Assembly: GCA_963833985.1 (NCBI GenBank)
Contig: CAWIAD010000002.1
Coordinates: 224,001-288,000 of the forward strand
Reading direction: 5' to 3'
From: an uncultured Planctomycetaceae bacterium
GTDB taxonomy: Bacteria > Planctomycetota > Planctomycetia > Isosphaerales > Isosphaeraceae
DNA: 64,000 bases
Below are positions 34,243-44,595 of this stretch, one piece after another. The notes under the pieces are model-generated. The model worked only from the letters and a program-made list of their open reading frames with translations. It was not told the origin of the DNA and did not search any database. Both the position numbers and the translations under genes were made by a program. How positions within the stretch are numbered: position 1 is the stretch's first letter; each line of letters starts with the position of its first letter.

Positions 34243-36591
34243 TCAGGGTATCGGGCCGGACGGGAGATTCTGTTCGAGAAAGCGGGTCATGAGCTCGAAG
34301 AGATGGCGGCGCGTGCCCTCGCCCTCGCTGATGGCGTGGGTGCGATTGGGGTAGGCCATCATCGAGAAGGGCTTGTTCAACGCGATCAGCCGATCAACGA
34401 GCGCCTCGCAGTTCTGGTAGTGCACGTTGTCATCGCCCGTGCCGTGAACCAGCAGCAGGTTGCCTTTCAGTCCCCCGGCATGAGTGATGGGCGAGCCGTC
34501 CTTGTAGCCTTCCGGGTTGTCTTCGGGCAGGCCCATGTAGCGCTCCTGATAGATCGTGTCATAGTAGTGCTGGTCGGCGACGAAAGCCACGGCCACGCCG
34601 GTCTGGTACAGGTCCGGGTAGCGGAAGAGGCAGTCGAGGGTCATGGAACCGCCACCGCTCCAGCCCCAGATGGCCACCCGCCGGCGATCCAGAAAGGGCC
34701 AGCGATCGAGCAGCGCCTGGAGCGCCTGGGCCTGCTCGCGCGGGGCCAGGATGCCGACCTGGCGGTACACGCATTTTCGCCATTCGCGCCCTCGCGGTGC
34801 CGGGGTTCCACGGTTATCGACGCTGAGCACGATGTACCCCTTCTGGGCCAGCATGCGGTGCCAGAGATACGTGTCTCCGCCCCATTCATCGACGACGTTC
34901 TGTGACGCGGGCTCGCCATAGACGTGCACGAGCAGGGGATACTTTCGGGTCGGGTCGAAGCCGGGGGGCTTGATGCACCAGCCGTCGAGCGCTGCACCGC
35001 CGGGAATTTCCACCCGGAAGAACTCGCCGCGGTCGCCCACAAGGGCGTCAAGCTTGCCCCTGAGCTTTGCATTGCCCACGAGTGTCCGCACGACACGGTG
35101 ATCGGGCATGCTCACCAGCTCGGTGACCGGCGGCCGGCCGAACGACGAGAAGGTGTGGAAGGCCCAGGCGCAGCCCGGTGCGAACCCGTAATGATGCGTG
35201 CCGGGCTGATCCAGCGGCGTGACCCGGCGGGCCTGCCCGGAGCCATCGAGCGGTACCCGGTATAGGTAGCTCTGGGTCGGGTTCGCGGGCGAAGCCATGT
35301 AGTAGGCATGCTTGTGCTTCTCGTCGACGGCCACAACCCGGATGACGTCCATGTCGCCTGTCATGAGCCGCAGGGCGCGATTCTCACGGGTCCGCACGGT
35401 CTCCAGCCTGCGCCAGCCCTCCCGATCAGCCGTCCAGGTGAATGCCTGGCCGTGGTCGAAGAAATGGAGGTCATCGGCCACGTCCACCCAGGCGTCGTCC
35501 CGATCGGTGAGCACGCTCCGCACGCTGCCGTCGCGGGAATCCGCACGCAGCACCTCCAGCACATTCTGGCGGCGGTTCAGGTGCTGGATGAGCAGCTCGT
35601 GCGAGTCCGGAACCCAGCTCATGCGGACGATGTAGTTGTCGCGCGGGTCGCCTGGAACGGCGATCCACCGGGTCGCGCCGCCACCAACCGGAACCACGCC
35701 GACGCGCGCCGACGAGTTCTTCTGGCCGGTGCGCGGATAGCGCACGGGAACGACCCTGGGGTAGAGCCCGGCCGCGGTATTCAGGATCGGATATTCGGGA
35801 ACGCCCGTGCTGTCGAGCTGCCAGTACGCGATCGACTTGCCGTCGGGGCTCCAGCGGTACCCGTTGCGCAGGAAGAGTTCTTCCTCGTACACCCAGTCGA
35901 ACGTGCCGTTGACGAGGGTTGGTGACCTGTCGGTCGTGAGCGCCGTGATCTGGCCGGTGGCGGCCTCCTCGACATACAGGTTGTTGTCGCGCACGTAGGC
36001 GACCTTCTGTCCCGCCGGGTCGAACGTTGCGAACATCAGCGAGGCCTCCGGCGCCTTGCCGCCCAGCTTGCGCAAGGTCCGGGTCTCTCGGTCGAACAGC
36101 CAGTAGTCGCCGCGCGTGTTCATCCGCCAGACCTTGCGGGTGTTCGTGAACAACAGCAGCTTGCGGCTGTCCTTGCTGATCGCAAAATCGGCGGGATGGA
36201 GCGGCTCACGTGCCCCGCTCGAAGTCAGTTCGGTGGTGGAAACGAGCACCTCGCGCCGGCCGCTGGCCGGATCATGGCGGACGATCTCCGGCCGTTTCCC
36301 GTCCTCGGACGCTTCCAGCGCCAGATACGCGGAGCCGTCCTCCAGCCAGTGATGCGTGGCGGAAGACTCACCGTCAAACTCTTCGGACGTGATCCGGGCC
36401 ACCGTGAGTTGCGCGGGTGATACCGGCGGCGCCTGGGCCATGCCCCGGTGCGGCACCAAGAGCATTATCGCGAGAAGACTGGAGGCCTGCAACCGGCAGC
36501 AACGAGGTGAAAGCAGCACGTATGACTCCCTGCGAGCGTGAGGAACGCGGTCCACTGCCGCCATGAAATCCGACAGCACGATCCATGTCAT
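34243..36591 (-). CDS. S9B dipeptidyl-peptidase IV family protein
   Basis: NGTFDWVYEEE, GWSGGG nucleophile, HGTGDDNVH, RTHAI. The true start may be somewhat downstream. Confidence 0.95.
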   Translation of the reverse strand: MTWIVLSDFMAAVDRVPHARRESYVLLSPRCCRLQASSLLAIMLLVPHRGMAQAPPVSPAQLTVARITSEEFDGESSATHHWLEDGSAYLALEASEDGKRPEIVRHDPASGRREVLVSTTELTSSGAREPLHPADFAISKDSRKLLLFTNTRKVWRMNTRGDYWLFDRETRTLRKLGGKAPEASLMFATFDPAGQKVAYVRDNNLYVEEAATGQITALTTDRSPTLVNGTFDWVYEEELFLRNGYRWSPDGKSIAYWQLDSTGVPEYPILNTAAGLYPRVVPVRYPRTGQKNSSARVGVVPVGGGATRWIAVPGDPRDNYIVRMSWVPDSHELLIQHLNRRQNVLEVLRADSRDGSVRSVLTDRDDAWVDVADDLHFFDHGQAFTWTADREGWRRLETVRTRENRALRLMTGDMDVIRVVAVDEKHKHAYYMASPANPTQSYLYRVPLDGSGQARRVTPLDQPGTHHYGFAPGCAWAFHTFSSFGRPPVTELVSMPDHRVVRTLVGNAKLRGKLDALVGDRGEFFRVEIPGGAALDGWCIKPPGFDPTRKYPLLVHVYGEPASQNVVDEWGGDTYLWHRMLAQKGYIVLSVDNRGTPAPRGREWRKCVYRQVGILAPREQAQALQALLDRWPFLDRRRVAIWGWSGGGSMTLDCLFRYPDLYQTGVAVAFVADQHYYDTIYQERYMGLPEDNPEGYKDGSPITHAGGLKGNLLLVHGTGDDNVHYQNCEALVDRLIALNKPFSMMAYPNRTHAISEGEGTRRHLFELMTRFLEQNLPSGPIP

Positions 36592-37022
36592 CCGTATAAC
36601 CCGGCCCCGACTTTCGGCCCGTAACGATTAAACCGCCGGGTTTTCCGTAATCCTGTCAAATACTGTGGAGAAGGGAGCTACCCTTTGTGTATCCAAGTTG
36701 TCTCGCCATTGTCCCGACGGCCCCGAGGCCGGGCAAGATAGCTGCATCCCGGGATTGCTGGCAAAGATCTCGGGATGGTGTTCATGGCAAGGGACGGAAA
36801 ACTGGGTCGGCATCGCTGCCGCCCGATCATCCCCGCTCGAGGAGGAGAAAGACAGAAAGGATAGGAGGCCCCGCCGGTCGAGTCTGGGGGGCGACGTCAG
36901 GGAAGGTTGGTTCTCCGTGGGCACTTGCATGTGCGAGTGCCAACCGGACGGCGAGCGGCGAGCGCCCAGCGCAACCAGCGCGCCGGACACCTTGATACGC
37001 CCAACATGCGCCGGAGCCTGCC

Positions 37023-38636
37023 ATGCCGTTCTACACCATCAGGTCGCTTGGAGAGCGTCTCGCTGTCGTCTGCAAGGAAGTGTGTGATGGAGCCAGCGGA
37101 AGTGGCGGTGCACGGGAACTCCGCAAAGGACGACAGCGCCGGCGACCGTGTTGCGACCCGCTCGAAGGACGCTTGCTCATGACCGTCACGCCGGGCTACG
37201 ACTACGTGCTCTCAGGATATAGCTGGCCGGATCCCGCACACATCACCTACAGCATCGCCCCGGACGGCGTGTTCTGGGACCACGGCACGAATAACCTGAA
37301 TGCAACCTTCAATGCCAGGTTCGGCACCAGCGGCGCATGGCAGGCTCAGATCGCTCAAGCCCTGGCGACCTGGGAGTCGGTCGCCAACATCAACATCGCG
37401 CCGGTGTCCGACGGCCCGTACGACCTGAACACGCTCGGGCTGTCCCAGGGAGACCTGCGGTTCGGTGATATCCGGGTCGGCGGCTATTCCTTCCTCGACA
37501 CGACCATCACCCTGGCGCAGACTTACTTTCCACCCCCGAATGGCGCGACGGCCGCGGGAGACGTCGAGCTGAACACGTCGATGAGCTTCAATATCGGATC
37601 GACGTATGATCTCTACAGCGTCGTGCTGCACGAGACCGGCCACTCGCTGGGGCTGGAGGAGGCGCCCAATCCGACAGAGGTGATGGCCATCAATTACGCG
37701 GGCGTCCGCTCGGGCCTGCAACCCGGCGACATCGCGGGCATCCAGGCCATTTACGGGGCAAGAACGCAGGACGCGTACCAGGCGCAGGGCATCGGCAATG
37801 CGTTCTATGCTCCCATCGAGATCTCCAGCAAGCTCACCACCTCGAACCAAACAGTGATTTCGGGGGTCTCGCTGGCGACCATCGGGGATACCGAGTACTA
37901 CTCGTTCGTGGCTCCAAGCTATGCCTCGGGACGGCTCCAGGTCACGGCTGCCGCGGCCGGCGTGAGCATGCTCAGCCCCCAGGTGAGCCTCTATAATGGC
38001 TCGGGGGCACTGCTGGCCCAGGCGAGCAACCCGTCTGCCTGGAGCGACAACGTGACGGCCAGCATTGCCAGCCTGACGCCAGGCCAGCGCTACTTCGTGG
38101 CAGTGACGGGCGACACCCACAACGTCTTCGACGTGGGCGCTTACCAGCTTGTTGTCTCGCTGCCGCAGAGCACCCCGCCCGTTCCGCAGTCTCCGACCCC
38201 ACAGCCTCCCGTCACGCCCACGCCCACGCCGACACCAACACCGACTCCGACACCGACTCCCACGCCTACGCCGCGGCCTACAGCCACGAATACCACTCCG
38301 CAGAGCGCGCTGCGGCTGGGCCGGATCACGCAATCGACTCTGCCGAACCTCGTCTTCAGCTCGGGCCCATCCGTCGAGTACTTCAACTTCCAGGCGGGCG
38401 GTGCGGGGACGGTCCAGATCAGCGCGGCCGGGGCGCTGGTTCAGGTGTTCAATGCGCGCGGCAGGCTGATCGCCCAGGGCACGAACCAGGTGAACATCGC
38501 GGGAGCAAAGGCGGGGACGGCGTACTCTCTCAGGATCAGGCCGGCGAGCAATCCTCCCTTGGCGTCCTACAGCCTCTCGATCGCAATCAAGCGTCCGCTG
38601 CCCGCCGTCCGGCGCGCCACGCGGCCCAGGCGATGA
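37023..38636 (+). CDS. LEPR-xLL matrixin (M10)-like metalloprotease with PPC-like domains and a Pro-Thr linker
   Basis: DPLEGRLLM leader, GDIRVGG, HETGHSLGL, Met-turn EVMA. Start codon uncertain. Confidence 0.85.
   Translation: MPFYTIRSLGERLAVVCKEVCDGASGSGGARELRKGRQRRRPCCDPLEGRLLMTVTPGYDYVLSGYSWPDPAHITYSIAPDGVFWDHGTNNLNATFNARFGTSGAWQAQIAQALATWESVANINIAPVSDGPYDLNTLGLSQGDLRFGDIRVGGYSFLDTTITLAQTYFPPPNGATAAGDVELNTSMSFNIGSTYDLYSVVLHETGHSLGLEEAPNPTEVMAINYAGVRSGLQPGDIAGIQAIYGARTQDAYQAQGIGNAFYAPIEISSKLTTSNQTVISGVSLATIGDTEYYSFVAPSYASGRLQVTAAAAGVSMLSPQVSLYNGSGALLAQASNPSAWSDNVTASIASLTPGQRYFVAVTGDTHNVFDVGAYQLVVSLPQSTPPVPQSPTPQPPVTPTPTPTPTPTPTPTPTPTPRPTATNTTPQSALRLGRITQSTLPNLVFSSGPSVEYFNFQAGGAGTVQISAAGALVQVFNARGRLIAQGTNQVNIAGAKAGTAYSLRIRPASNPPLASYSLSIAIKRPLPAVRRATRPRR
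38211..38273 (+). repeat. (Thr-Pro)n coding repeat
   Basis: VTPTPTPTPTPTPTPTPTP linker. Confidence 0.9.
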
Positions 38637-38690
38637 CGTCGATGAGCAGCGGGAGACCGCGTTGTTCCAAGCTCCGGGCTCTCCAACCGC

Positions 38691-39158
38691 TCAGTGTGGC
38701 CGGACCTGGATGGTCGTCGGCTGGACGCCACGAACATCCGTACTGACAACCAGGCGTCCTGCCGGTGCTCCGTCGCGGCCGAGGTTCGACTGTCCGTTCC
38801 AGGTGGCCGAATGCGTGATCGATTCGCCCGGCTGGAGCGTCTGGAGCTGGACGAACATCGGCTGCATTCCCGTCTTCGAGGCCCACAGCGCGCGGCTGCC
38901 CCGGGCCACGAAGAAGCCGCCCAGGCTGGGCCCCGAAGGCACGGCGACCGCCTGCTGGCTCGTGTTCGTCTCCGTCAGCGTCATGATGACAGGCTCGCCG
39001 CGGTGGTAGACGTGGCGGTCGGTGGAGAGCCGTACGACGAGCCCCTGGCTGGCTGGTGCGGGGGAGGGTGCCGGCGCTGTCATGATCGGCGCTGACATCA
39101 TGGAGAGCAGGGCCCTGGGCTCCAGCGGTTCCAGCACAAGGGCACGCAAGCGTTTCAT
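38691..39158 (-). CDS. LEPR-xLL protein with a BsuPI-like (proteinase inhibitor-like) Ig domain
   Basis: LEPLEPRALL leader; LSTDRHVYHRGEPVIMTLTETN...TLQPGES...TWNG; AGGAG RBS. Confidence 0.7.
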   Translation of the reverse strand: MKRLRALVLEPLEPRALLSMMSAPIMTAPAPSPAPASQGLVVRLSTDRHVYHRGEPVIMTLTETNTSQQAVAVPSGPSLGGFFVARGSRALWASKTGMQPMFVQLQTLQPGESITHSATWNGQSNLGRDGAPAGRLVVSTDVRGVQPTTIQVRPH

Positions 39159-39604
39159 GGGAGGGACTCCTTTCCCGTTCCGGACCGGCCGGCGCATGCA
39201 ACCGGCGTCCGGTTCCAGTGGGTGCTATATAGGGTTTTTCCGGGAAGTCGTCCAGAAGAACCGGGCGCAGCGGAATTCCCCAGAATGTCATGCGTAGCCG
39301 ATATTCCGGCTTCCGCGCGGCCCCGCGCTCACGCGCCATGGGGGTCTACCACGATCGCTGGATCGGCGGTTTCCTTCATCCGACCGCATCGCCAGCCGCC
39401 GATCGCGGCAGCAGGCGCCATGAGGGTGATGACCAGCACCTCGGTCCGGATGACGCCCTTTCCCAGCGTTGCCGCCAGGGACACCGAGGGACCAACGGCC
39501 AGAATCAACGCCACTGCGGCCACCTGAGTGAACGGGCGGCAGCGGCCCGCTTGCTGAGATAGCCGGCCCGGAGCGCGGAGCGACACCGTAACCCGTGAAG
39601 CCGA

Positions 39605-40175
39605 TCATGGACGGCAGGGACGCCCGGCCGTGCGGGCATACTCAGGGTTATCGATCCGAACACGTACCCGCTCGTAATGGTGGGCGTCATGATATCCCTG
39701 CACGCGGAGCCATTGCACCAGGTTGAGCGCTCCGATCACCGGATCAGGGAGCACGACGTGGCCGAGAAGCTGCTCGTCGCGCGTGGTGTAGAAACGACGA
39801 AAAGCGGCATGCTCGGCGCAACGCTTCGTGCAGGAATTCCAGGCTCACCGGCCGCCGTGGCGTGTATCTTGGCGGCCAGATCCAGCCTACGTTCATGGGG
39901 AAGCCGGGACGTTTGTAGACGTCGTCGATCTCAGCCTGGTACGGCTGGCGGTGGAACGGGAGCGCGAAGATCGACGCGAGCGGGAAGTACGCGATCATGA
40001 GCCGGCGCGCGCAGCAGTTGATCACGCGCGTATGGTCGAGATGCTCACCGATCGACCAGACCTTCGGCCCGGGCCGATACCAGAGCACGGCGTCCGGGAG
40101 CTCGTTCAACCGCTGGAAGATGGCCTCCCGCTGGTCGTCGAGCAGCTCGAGGTATCGCATGATTATATTAAACAT
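39605..40175 (-). CDS. DinB family protein; frameshift at ~39815
   Basis: RPGPKVWSIGEHLDH; the shifted frame ends ...LNLVQWLRVQGYHDAHHY. Confidence 0.8.
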
Positions 40176-40343
40176 GCGTAAATGACCTCACAAATAGACC
40201 ATGGCTTCTCTTGCAGTTCCTGATTCGTCGCCGCTCACCCCGGCGCTGAGGCGCAGCAACCAGTAAGGCATTGAGAAATAAGTGATTGAAGAGGCTGTTA
40301 TTATCTATGTGTGAGCGTATACTGCGGCTGCTCCAGCGCCAGG

Positions 40344-40805
40344 TCATTTGGGCTTGTGCTGCTCGTACGTTTCCAGACAAGCCCTGGCGCGGGCCAGATC
40401 TTCCCGGAGCACTCGAACGCGTGGCCCGAAATAAGGGTTGCCCAAGGCCAACGGATTCGTGACAGCGGCCCCGGCTCCTCTCAAGCGGAGGTCCTGACTG
40501 TCGGCGACGGCCGGGATATCCGCCTCGATCAGTCGGGCTGCAAGGTGCTCCGCCTCCATGGTGTCACGCGCCCAATAGCATTCGACAAGGTCCGAGGGGT
40601 GTGCTGCGGCCAGCTCCGTCGCCGGCCCGCCCTCTTTTCCGGCCTCGGCCGCGAGGCCGGAAAAGAGCCGCGGACCCTCGATCAGTGCTGCCGTGTCTGC
40701 CGGGACGAAGTTCAGGTCCTCAACCCCCTGCGGCGTGGTCCCGCAGCGCCAGCAGACCTCATACGCAGGATCAACCTTCGCGGTGCATTTCGGACAGGTC
40801 CACAT
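40344..40805 (-). CDS. Zinc ribbon plus DUF2007-like (PII-fold) protein
   Basis: MWTCPKC...CWRCG; EAEHLAARLIEADI...PRVRV; GGAGG RBS. Confidence 0.8.
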   Translation of the reverse strand: MWTCPKCTAKVDPAYEVCWRCGTTPQGVEDLNFVPADTAALIEGPRLFSGLAAEAGKEGGPATELAAAHPSDLVECYWARDTMEAEHLAARLIEADIPAVADSQDLRLRGAGAAVTNPLALGNPYFGPRVRVLREDLARARACLETYEQHKPK

Positions 40806-41114
40806 GACTCGGCCTCCCGAGGGGACGCTTGGATGACTCTCTTGTGGATTCGGACGGCCTCCTGCGATATTCTCGCCGCCGACTAGCCAGGAGGTCCCCT
40901 GCCACCACACCTGGTCAGAATCGACCAGATTACGGAGCCGGATTGGTAGATTGCTCTCATTCGCCTGGGTGGCTACAATCTCCGCACTACGCGACCCGGC
41001 TTGCAATCGGGCTGTCGGGCTGCCGATGCTCCGCTCGCTGGCACGTTCAGCTCGAACGCATCAGCGTGATGCTGCGCGAGAAACGTCACAACAGGCAAAT
41101 CGGAGGCCTCGCTC

Positions 41115-41786
41115 ATGATGAAGCAACTTTTCGTCTGCTCGATCCTGCTCGTCGCGACCTTCCCGCGTCAGGTGCATGCCGGCACAGTCGACTTCCGTTT
41201 CTCCGGGCCGGGTGTGAGCGGTACCGTCCAGTTGACTTACGGCCCGGCGACAGACGCGAAGTATTCTCAAGCCTTCGAGGTGACTGCGATTAGCGGTACC
41301 TTCTCTGACACGAACAGTGGCTTGAGCCTGGTCAATGTACCAATCGGCCCGCTCGAGCCCATCAAGCGCGACAAGCCGGAACCCACCAACTTACTGGCAC
41401 CGAACGATTTCAGCAGGTTCGCGGTCGCGGCCGGCCTGCCCCCGCAGAGCCACGGCTTCATAAGCTACAGCAACCTGTATTGGCCGAGCGGATCGCCGAA
41501 AACCGCCTCAGACTACCCGTTGCACGGCGGATTCCTTGATATTTACGGTCTGTTGTTCGATATCGGTGGCGGCATGGCGGTCAACCTGTGGAGCAACGGC
41601 GATCTCAGCGGGACTGCCCCCATCGATTACGGAGTCGCTGTCGTCACTCAAAACAACGCATTAGATTATGTCTCTAATGGTGTGTCCATCGTTCCGGAGC
41701 CCAGCGGGTTTATCCTGCTCGGCATCGGGCTGGCAGGATTGCTCGCTTCACGTCGTGATCGTCTTGGAGCCGGCTTCAAGAGCTGA
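41115..41786 (+). CDS. PEP-CTERM protein
   Basis: Signal peptide; FLDIYGLLF; VPEPS, TM helix, then RRDR. Confidence 0.88.
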   Translation: MMKQLFVCSILLVATFPRQVHAGTVDFRFSGPGVSGTVQLTYGPATDAKYSQAFEVTAISGTFSDTNSGLSLVNVPIGPLEPIKRDKPEPTNLLAPNDFSRFAVAAGLPPQSHGFISYSNLYWPSGSPKTASDYPLHGGFLDIYGLLFDIGGGMAVNLWSNGDLSGTAPIDYGVAVVTQNNALDYVSNGVSIVPEPSGFILLGIGLAGLLASRRDRLGAGFKS

Positions 41787-42186
41787 ACCATCGTAAGCTC
41801 CGCGATAATCTTTCTTGCCGAGCCACGTTGCCTGCGGGGTGACCAGACGGTGCGGACGGGGCCGCTCATACCCGGGCATCTCGAAGGCTCGGTGAGCCCA
41901 AGAAACGCTCCAGGAGCCCTTCTTGTCCTTTCCTGAAGGCCCCTGATCGGCCCCAAGGGGCCACCGCCGTGGAGACTCCGACGGAGCTGACCGCGGAGTC
42001 CGTATTCCGCACGAACGAAAGTGGTGCGAGCCGCTTCCGACCAAGGCGGTGGCCTGGAGACCTGCTTATGAAAGCTCTTGTGCCACAACATCTGGCCAGC
42101 TTCGACCAGCGTGCGGAATCGCTCCCCGACGGGACTCGAAGTTGCAGGACGTGTCGCCAGGGACGAAGATCTCAATCAGGGGCGCC

Positions 42187-42765
42187 ATGCGAAGCGAACG
42201 CGACAAGATGCTGGCCGGCGAGCTGTACGACCCGATGGACGGGGCGCTGGTTGCAGGTCGCGAACGGGCCCGAAACCTCTGCCAGGCCCTCAACGCCACT
42301 CGCGAAGGCCAGCAGGATGAGCGTCGGCGCATCCTGATCGAGCTGTTCGGGGCCGGCGGCGGCAATGTCTGGATGCAGCCGCCGTTCTTCTGCGACTACG
42401 GGTCGAACATCTCTCTGGGCGAGCGGGTGTTTTTCAACTTCAACTGTGTCGTACTCGACGTCTGCGCGGTCCGCATCGGCGACTTCACGCAGTTCGGCCC
42501 GGCGGTCCAGATCTACACCGCCACGCACCCGATGAACGCTGATCTGCGGAGGAAGCAAGAGTTCGCCAGGCCCGTTGCCATTGGCTCCGACGTCTGGGTC
42601 GGCGGGGGTGCCATCCTCTGTCCCGGCGTCCGCATTGGCTCGAAGTCGGTGATCGGGGCCGGGAGCGTGGTCACGCGAGACATCCCCGCAGGGGTCTTTG
42701 CGGCCGGCAACCCCTGCCGGGTCATCCGAGAGATTACCGAGTCGTCCGATCCTCCAATGGCATGA
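42187..42765 (+). CDS. maa: Sugar (maltose) O-acetyltransferase
   Basis: EKMLAGELY-like start, PFFCDYGSNI, YTATHP, hexapeptide repeats, GNPCRVIR. Confidence 0.92.
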   Translation: MRSERDKMLAGELYDPMDGALVAGRERARNLCQALNATREGQQDERRRILIELFGAGGGNVWMQPPFFCDYGSNISLGERVFFNFNCVVLDVCAVRIGDFTQFGPAVQIYTATHPMNADLRRKQEFARPVAIGSDVWVGGGAILCPGVRIGSKSVIGAGSVVTRDIPAGVFAAGNPCRVIREITESSDPPMA

Positions 42766-42972
42766 CTCCATGCTCTTGATACCGGAACGGTCACCGTCGC
42801 CGCGGACGGAACCCGGCCAGGCAAACCTCGGGCATGGAGTTTTGGTTCTGCTGCCACGGAAGCGCGAAACCAAAGCGGCCTGTCAGGGACGAGGAGACGC
42901 CGCGAGCGGGGCGGGAGGCGGCCTGGCCTCCTGACTTTTGACGACTTCACCGTCGCATGGCAGCTACGATAA

Positions 42973-43545
42973 TCAGGACCGGGCTGCGGCCGGGGTCGCT
43001 ACGGGGAGCGCCGGGGCTGGCTGAGAAGCCGGCGTCGGCGATGGCACGGGTGAGGGCAAGGGCGTGGGTCTGGCTCCGGCGCCAGGGCCGGGCGGCGGCC
43101 CAGGAGTCGTACGTGCCGGACTTGACCCGGCAGCGGGTGATGATGGAGCCATGGGAAAAGGCGAGCCCGTACGAGTTGGCGCGGCAGTAGACGGTGGCAC
43201 AGCAGGAGCCGGGTTTTCGGGCGACGTTGCGTGTTCCGACGAGGTACCCGGTGCCGCGGTCGGCGGATAGATGGGCGGCAGCATGTTCGGACTGTTGTAG
43301 AGCGACAGTTCGCGCTGGCTCATCCACTGGTTGCGAGTCTGCATGACGTCTCGGAGAGCGTGATCATCAAGCCCGGCCAGAGCGCGGGCATGTTCCACGC
43401 TGTGGTCAGCGGCTCTCAGGTCGGGCAGGTAAGGGTCGGGGCAATCCCACCAGTAAGCGAACGAGACAGGCCAGATGTTCTGAGCCCGCGCCGGGGCGGC
43501 CAGGAAGAGCACACAGACCAGGCCAAGAAGGCGTGACGCTCTCAT
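42973..43545 (-). CDS. Secreted Pro-rich hypothetical protein
   Basis: MRASRLLGLVCVLFLAAPARA signal peptide; low-complexity tail. Confidence 0.65.
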   Translation of the reverse strand: MRASRLLGLVCVLFLAAPARAQNIWPVSFAYWWDCPDPYLPDLRAADHSVEHARALAGLDDHALRDVMQTRNQWMSQRELSLYNSPNMLPPIYPPTAAPGTSSEHATSPENPAPAVPPSTAAPTRTGSPFPMAPSSPAAGSSPARTTPGPPPGPGAGARPTPLPSPVPSPTPASQPAPALPVATPAAARS

Positions 43546-43741
43546 CTCATCCTCCCGGTGGACGCCGGGCCAGCCGGCCCATTCCACACCGAAACAGTGA
43601 GCCTTCGGTCGAGCAAGGCGGATCCTCTCATCTCGATGATCGGCACGGCAACCTCCGGCAGGAGAGTGAAACGGGTTGCAGCCCTGGATTTCGCCGGCCA
43701 TTTGCCACCAGGCTCAGGGCCGTCCTTCCGCTCCACGCGGC

Positions 43742-44539
43742 TCAGTTGTAATTGGGATCGATCGGGTTCTGGGCGCCCGAGGTGTTCAGCAGCCCCTGGA
43801 CCATGATGATCACCCTGCCCGAGCCCAGCGACCCTTTCTGAGGATGGGGGTCGGGCTGGTACTTGAACGTGATGTCGCCGAAGCCCATGTTCCAGTTGTT
43901 GACGCTGGAGGGCGGGCCGCCCCCCGGCGAGCCAGGCGGCGGGTTCGCCGGTGCACCCTGGCTGTTGATGTAGCTACCTGGAAAGTTCCCACTGCCCGGC
44001 AGGGTGTAGCCCGAGCCGGTGAACACCACGCCGCTGGAGATGTCGTGGGTCCAGTAGAGATGAGTGGGCAGGCCGTTCACCTCGGTCCCGGTTGGCCCCT
44101 GCAAGTCCAGGATAACATTCGCCCCGCTCTGGAGCGTGTCCGCGGGAAGCATGTTGAACTCCCCGTACACCGGCTGCGAAGGGCTCGCGGGTTCGAAGAG
44201 GATGTACTGGAAGTGGGACTTGAGCGAGACGTTGCTGGTGGCCGGCTTGCCGTAACCGTGGATCGTGATCGCCTGGGTACTGAACCGTGGATCGCCGATG
44301 ATGTAGCGGCCAACCGCCTTGATCACGAAGGTCTGGCGGCGGATTTCCGCGGTGGACGGCTGGGGCGTGCCGGGCGGGTAGAGCACGGAGACGAATTGCT
44401 GGACATTCGCCGCGGCCGGAATGGCCGCCTGCGGAGCAGCCGCGGCCGGATGCGCCGTGAGCAGCTCGCGAGACTCCAGGGTCTCGAACCCTGGCCGGCT
44501 GCGGCGCGACCTGCCCTCCCGCGGCGTATTCCTACCCAT
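43742..44539 (-). CDS. LEPR-xLL secreted protein, paralogue A
   Basis: FETLESRELL leader; shares motifs with the next two genes; AGGAG RBS. Confidence 0.85.
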   Translation of the reverse strand: MGRNTPREGRSRRSRPGFETLESRELLTAHPAAAAPQAAIPAAANVQQFVSVLYPPGTPQPSTAEIRRQTFVIKAVGRYIIGDPRFSTQAITIHGYGKPATSNVSLKSHFQYILFEPASPSQPVYGEFNMLPADTLQSGANVILDLQGPTGTEVNGLPTHLYWTHDISSGVVFTGSGYTLPGSGNFPGSYINSQGAPANPPPGSPGGGPPSSVNNWNMGFGDITFKYQPDPHPQKGSLGSGRVIIMVQGLLNTSGAQNPIDPNYN

Positions 44540-44595
44540 CGTCCTGGACTCCTCTCCTCTTGACCCTCGACGGCCTGTGTCTGCTCTCGATCGGC

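Larger units (their letters stand above)
31858..34418. mobile_element. Small genomic islet bounded by 133-bp perfect direct repeats; no integrase
   Basis: Direct repeats at 31858..31990 and 34286..34418; the interior is visibly more AT-rich and carries toxin-like cargo. Confidence 0.75.

Noticed and set aside
41039..41055. TGGCACG upstream of the PEP-CTERM gene as a sigma54 promoter
   Set aside because: GC falls 8 nt rather than 10 nt after GG, and there is no TTGC.
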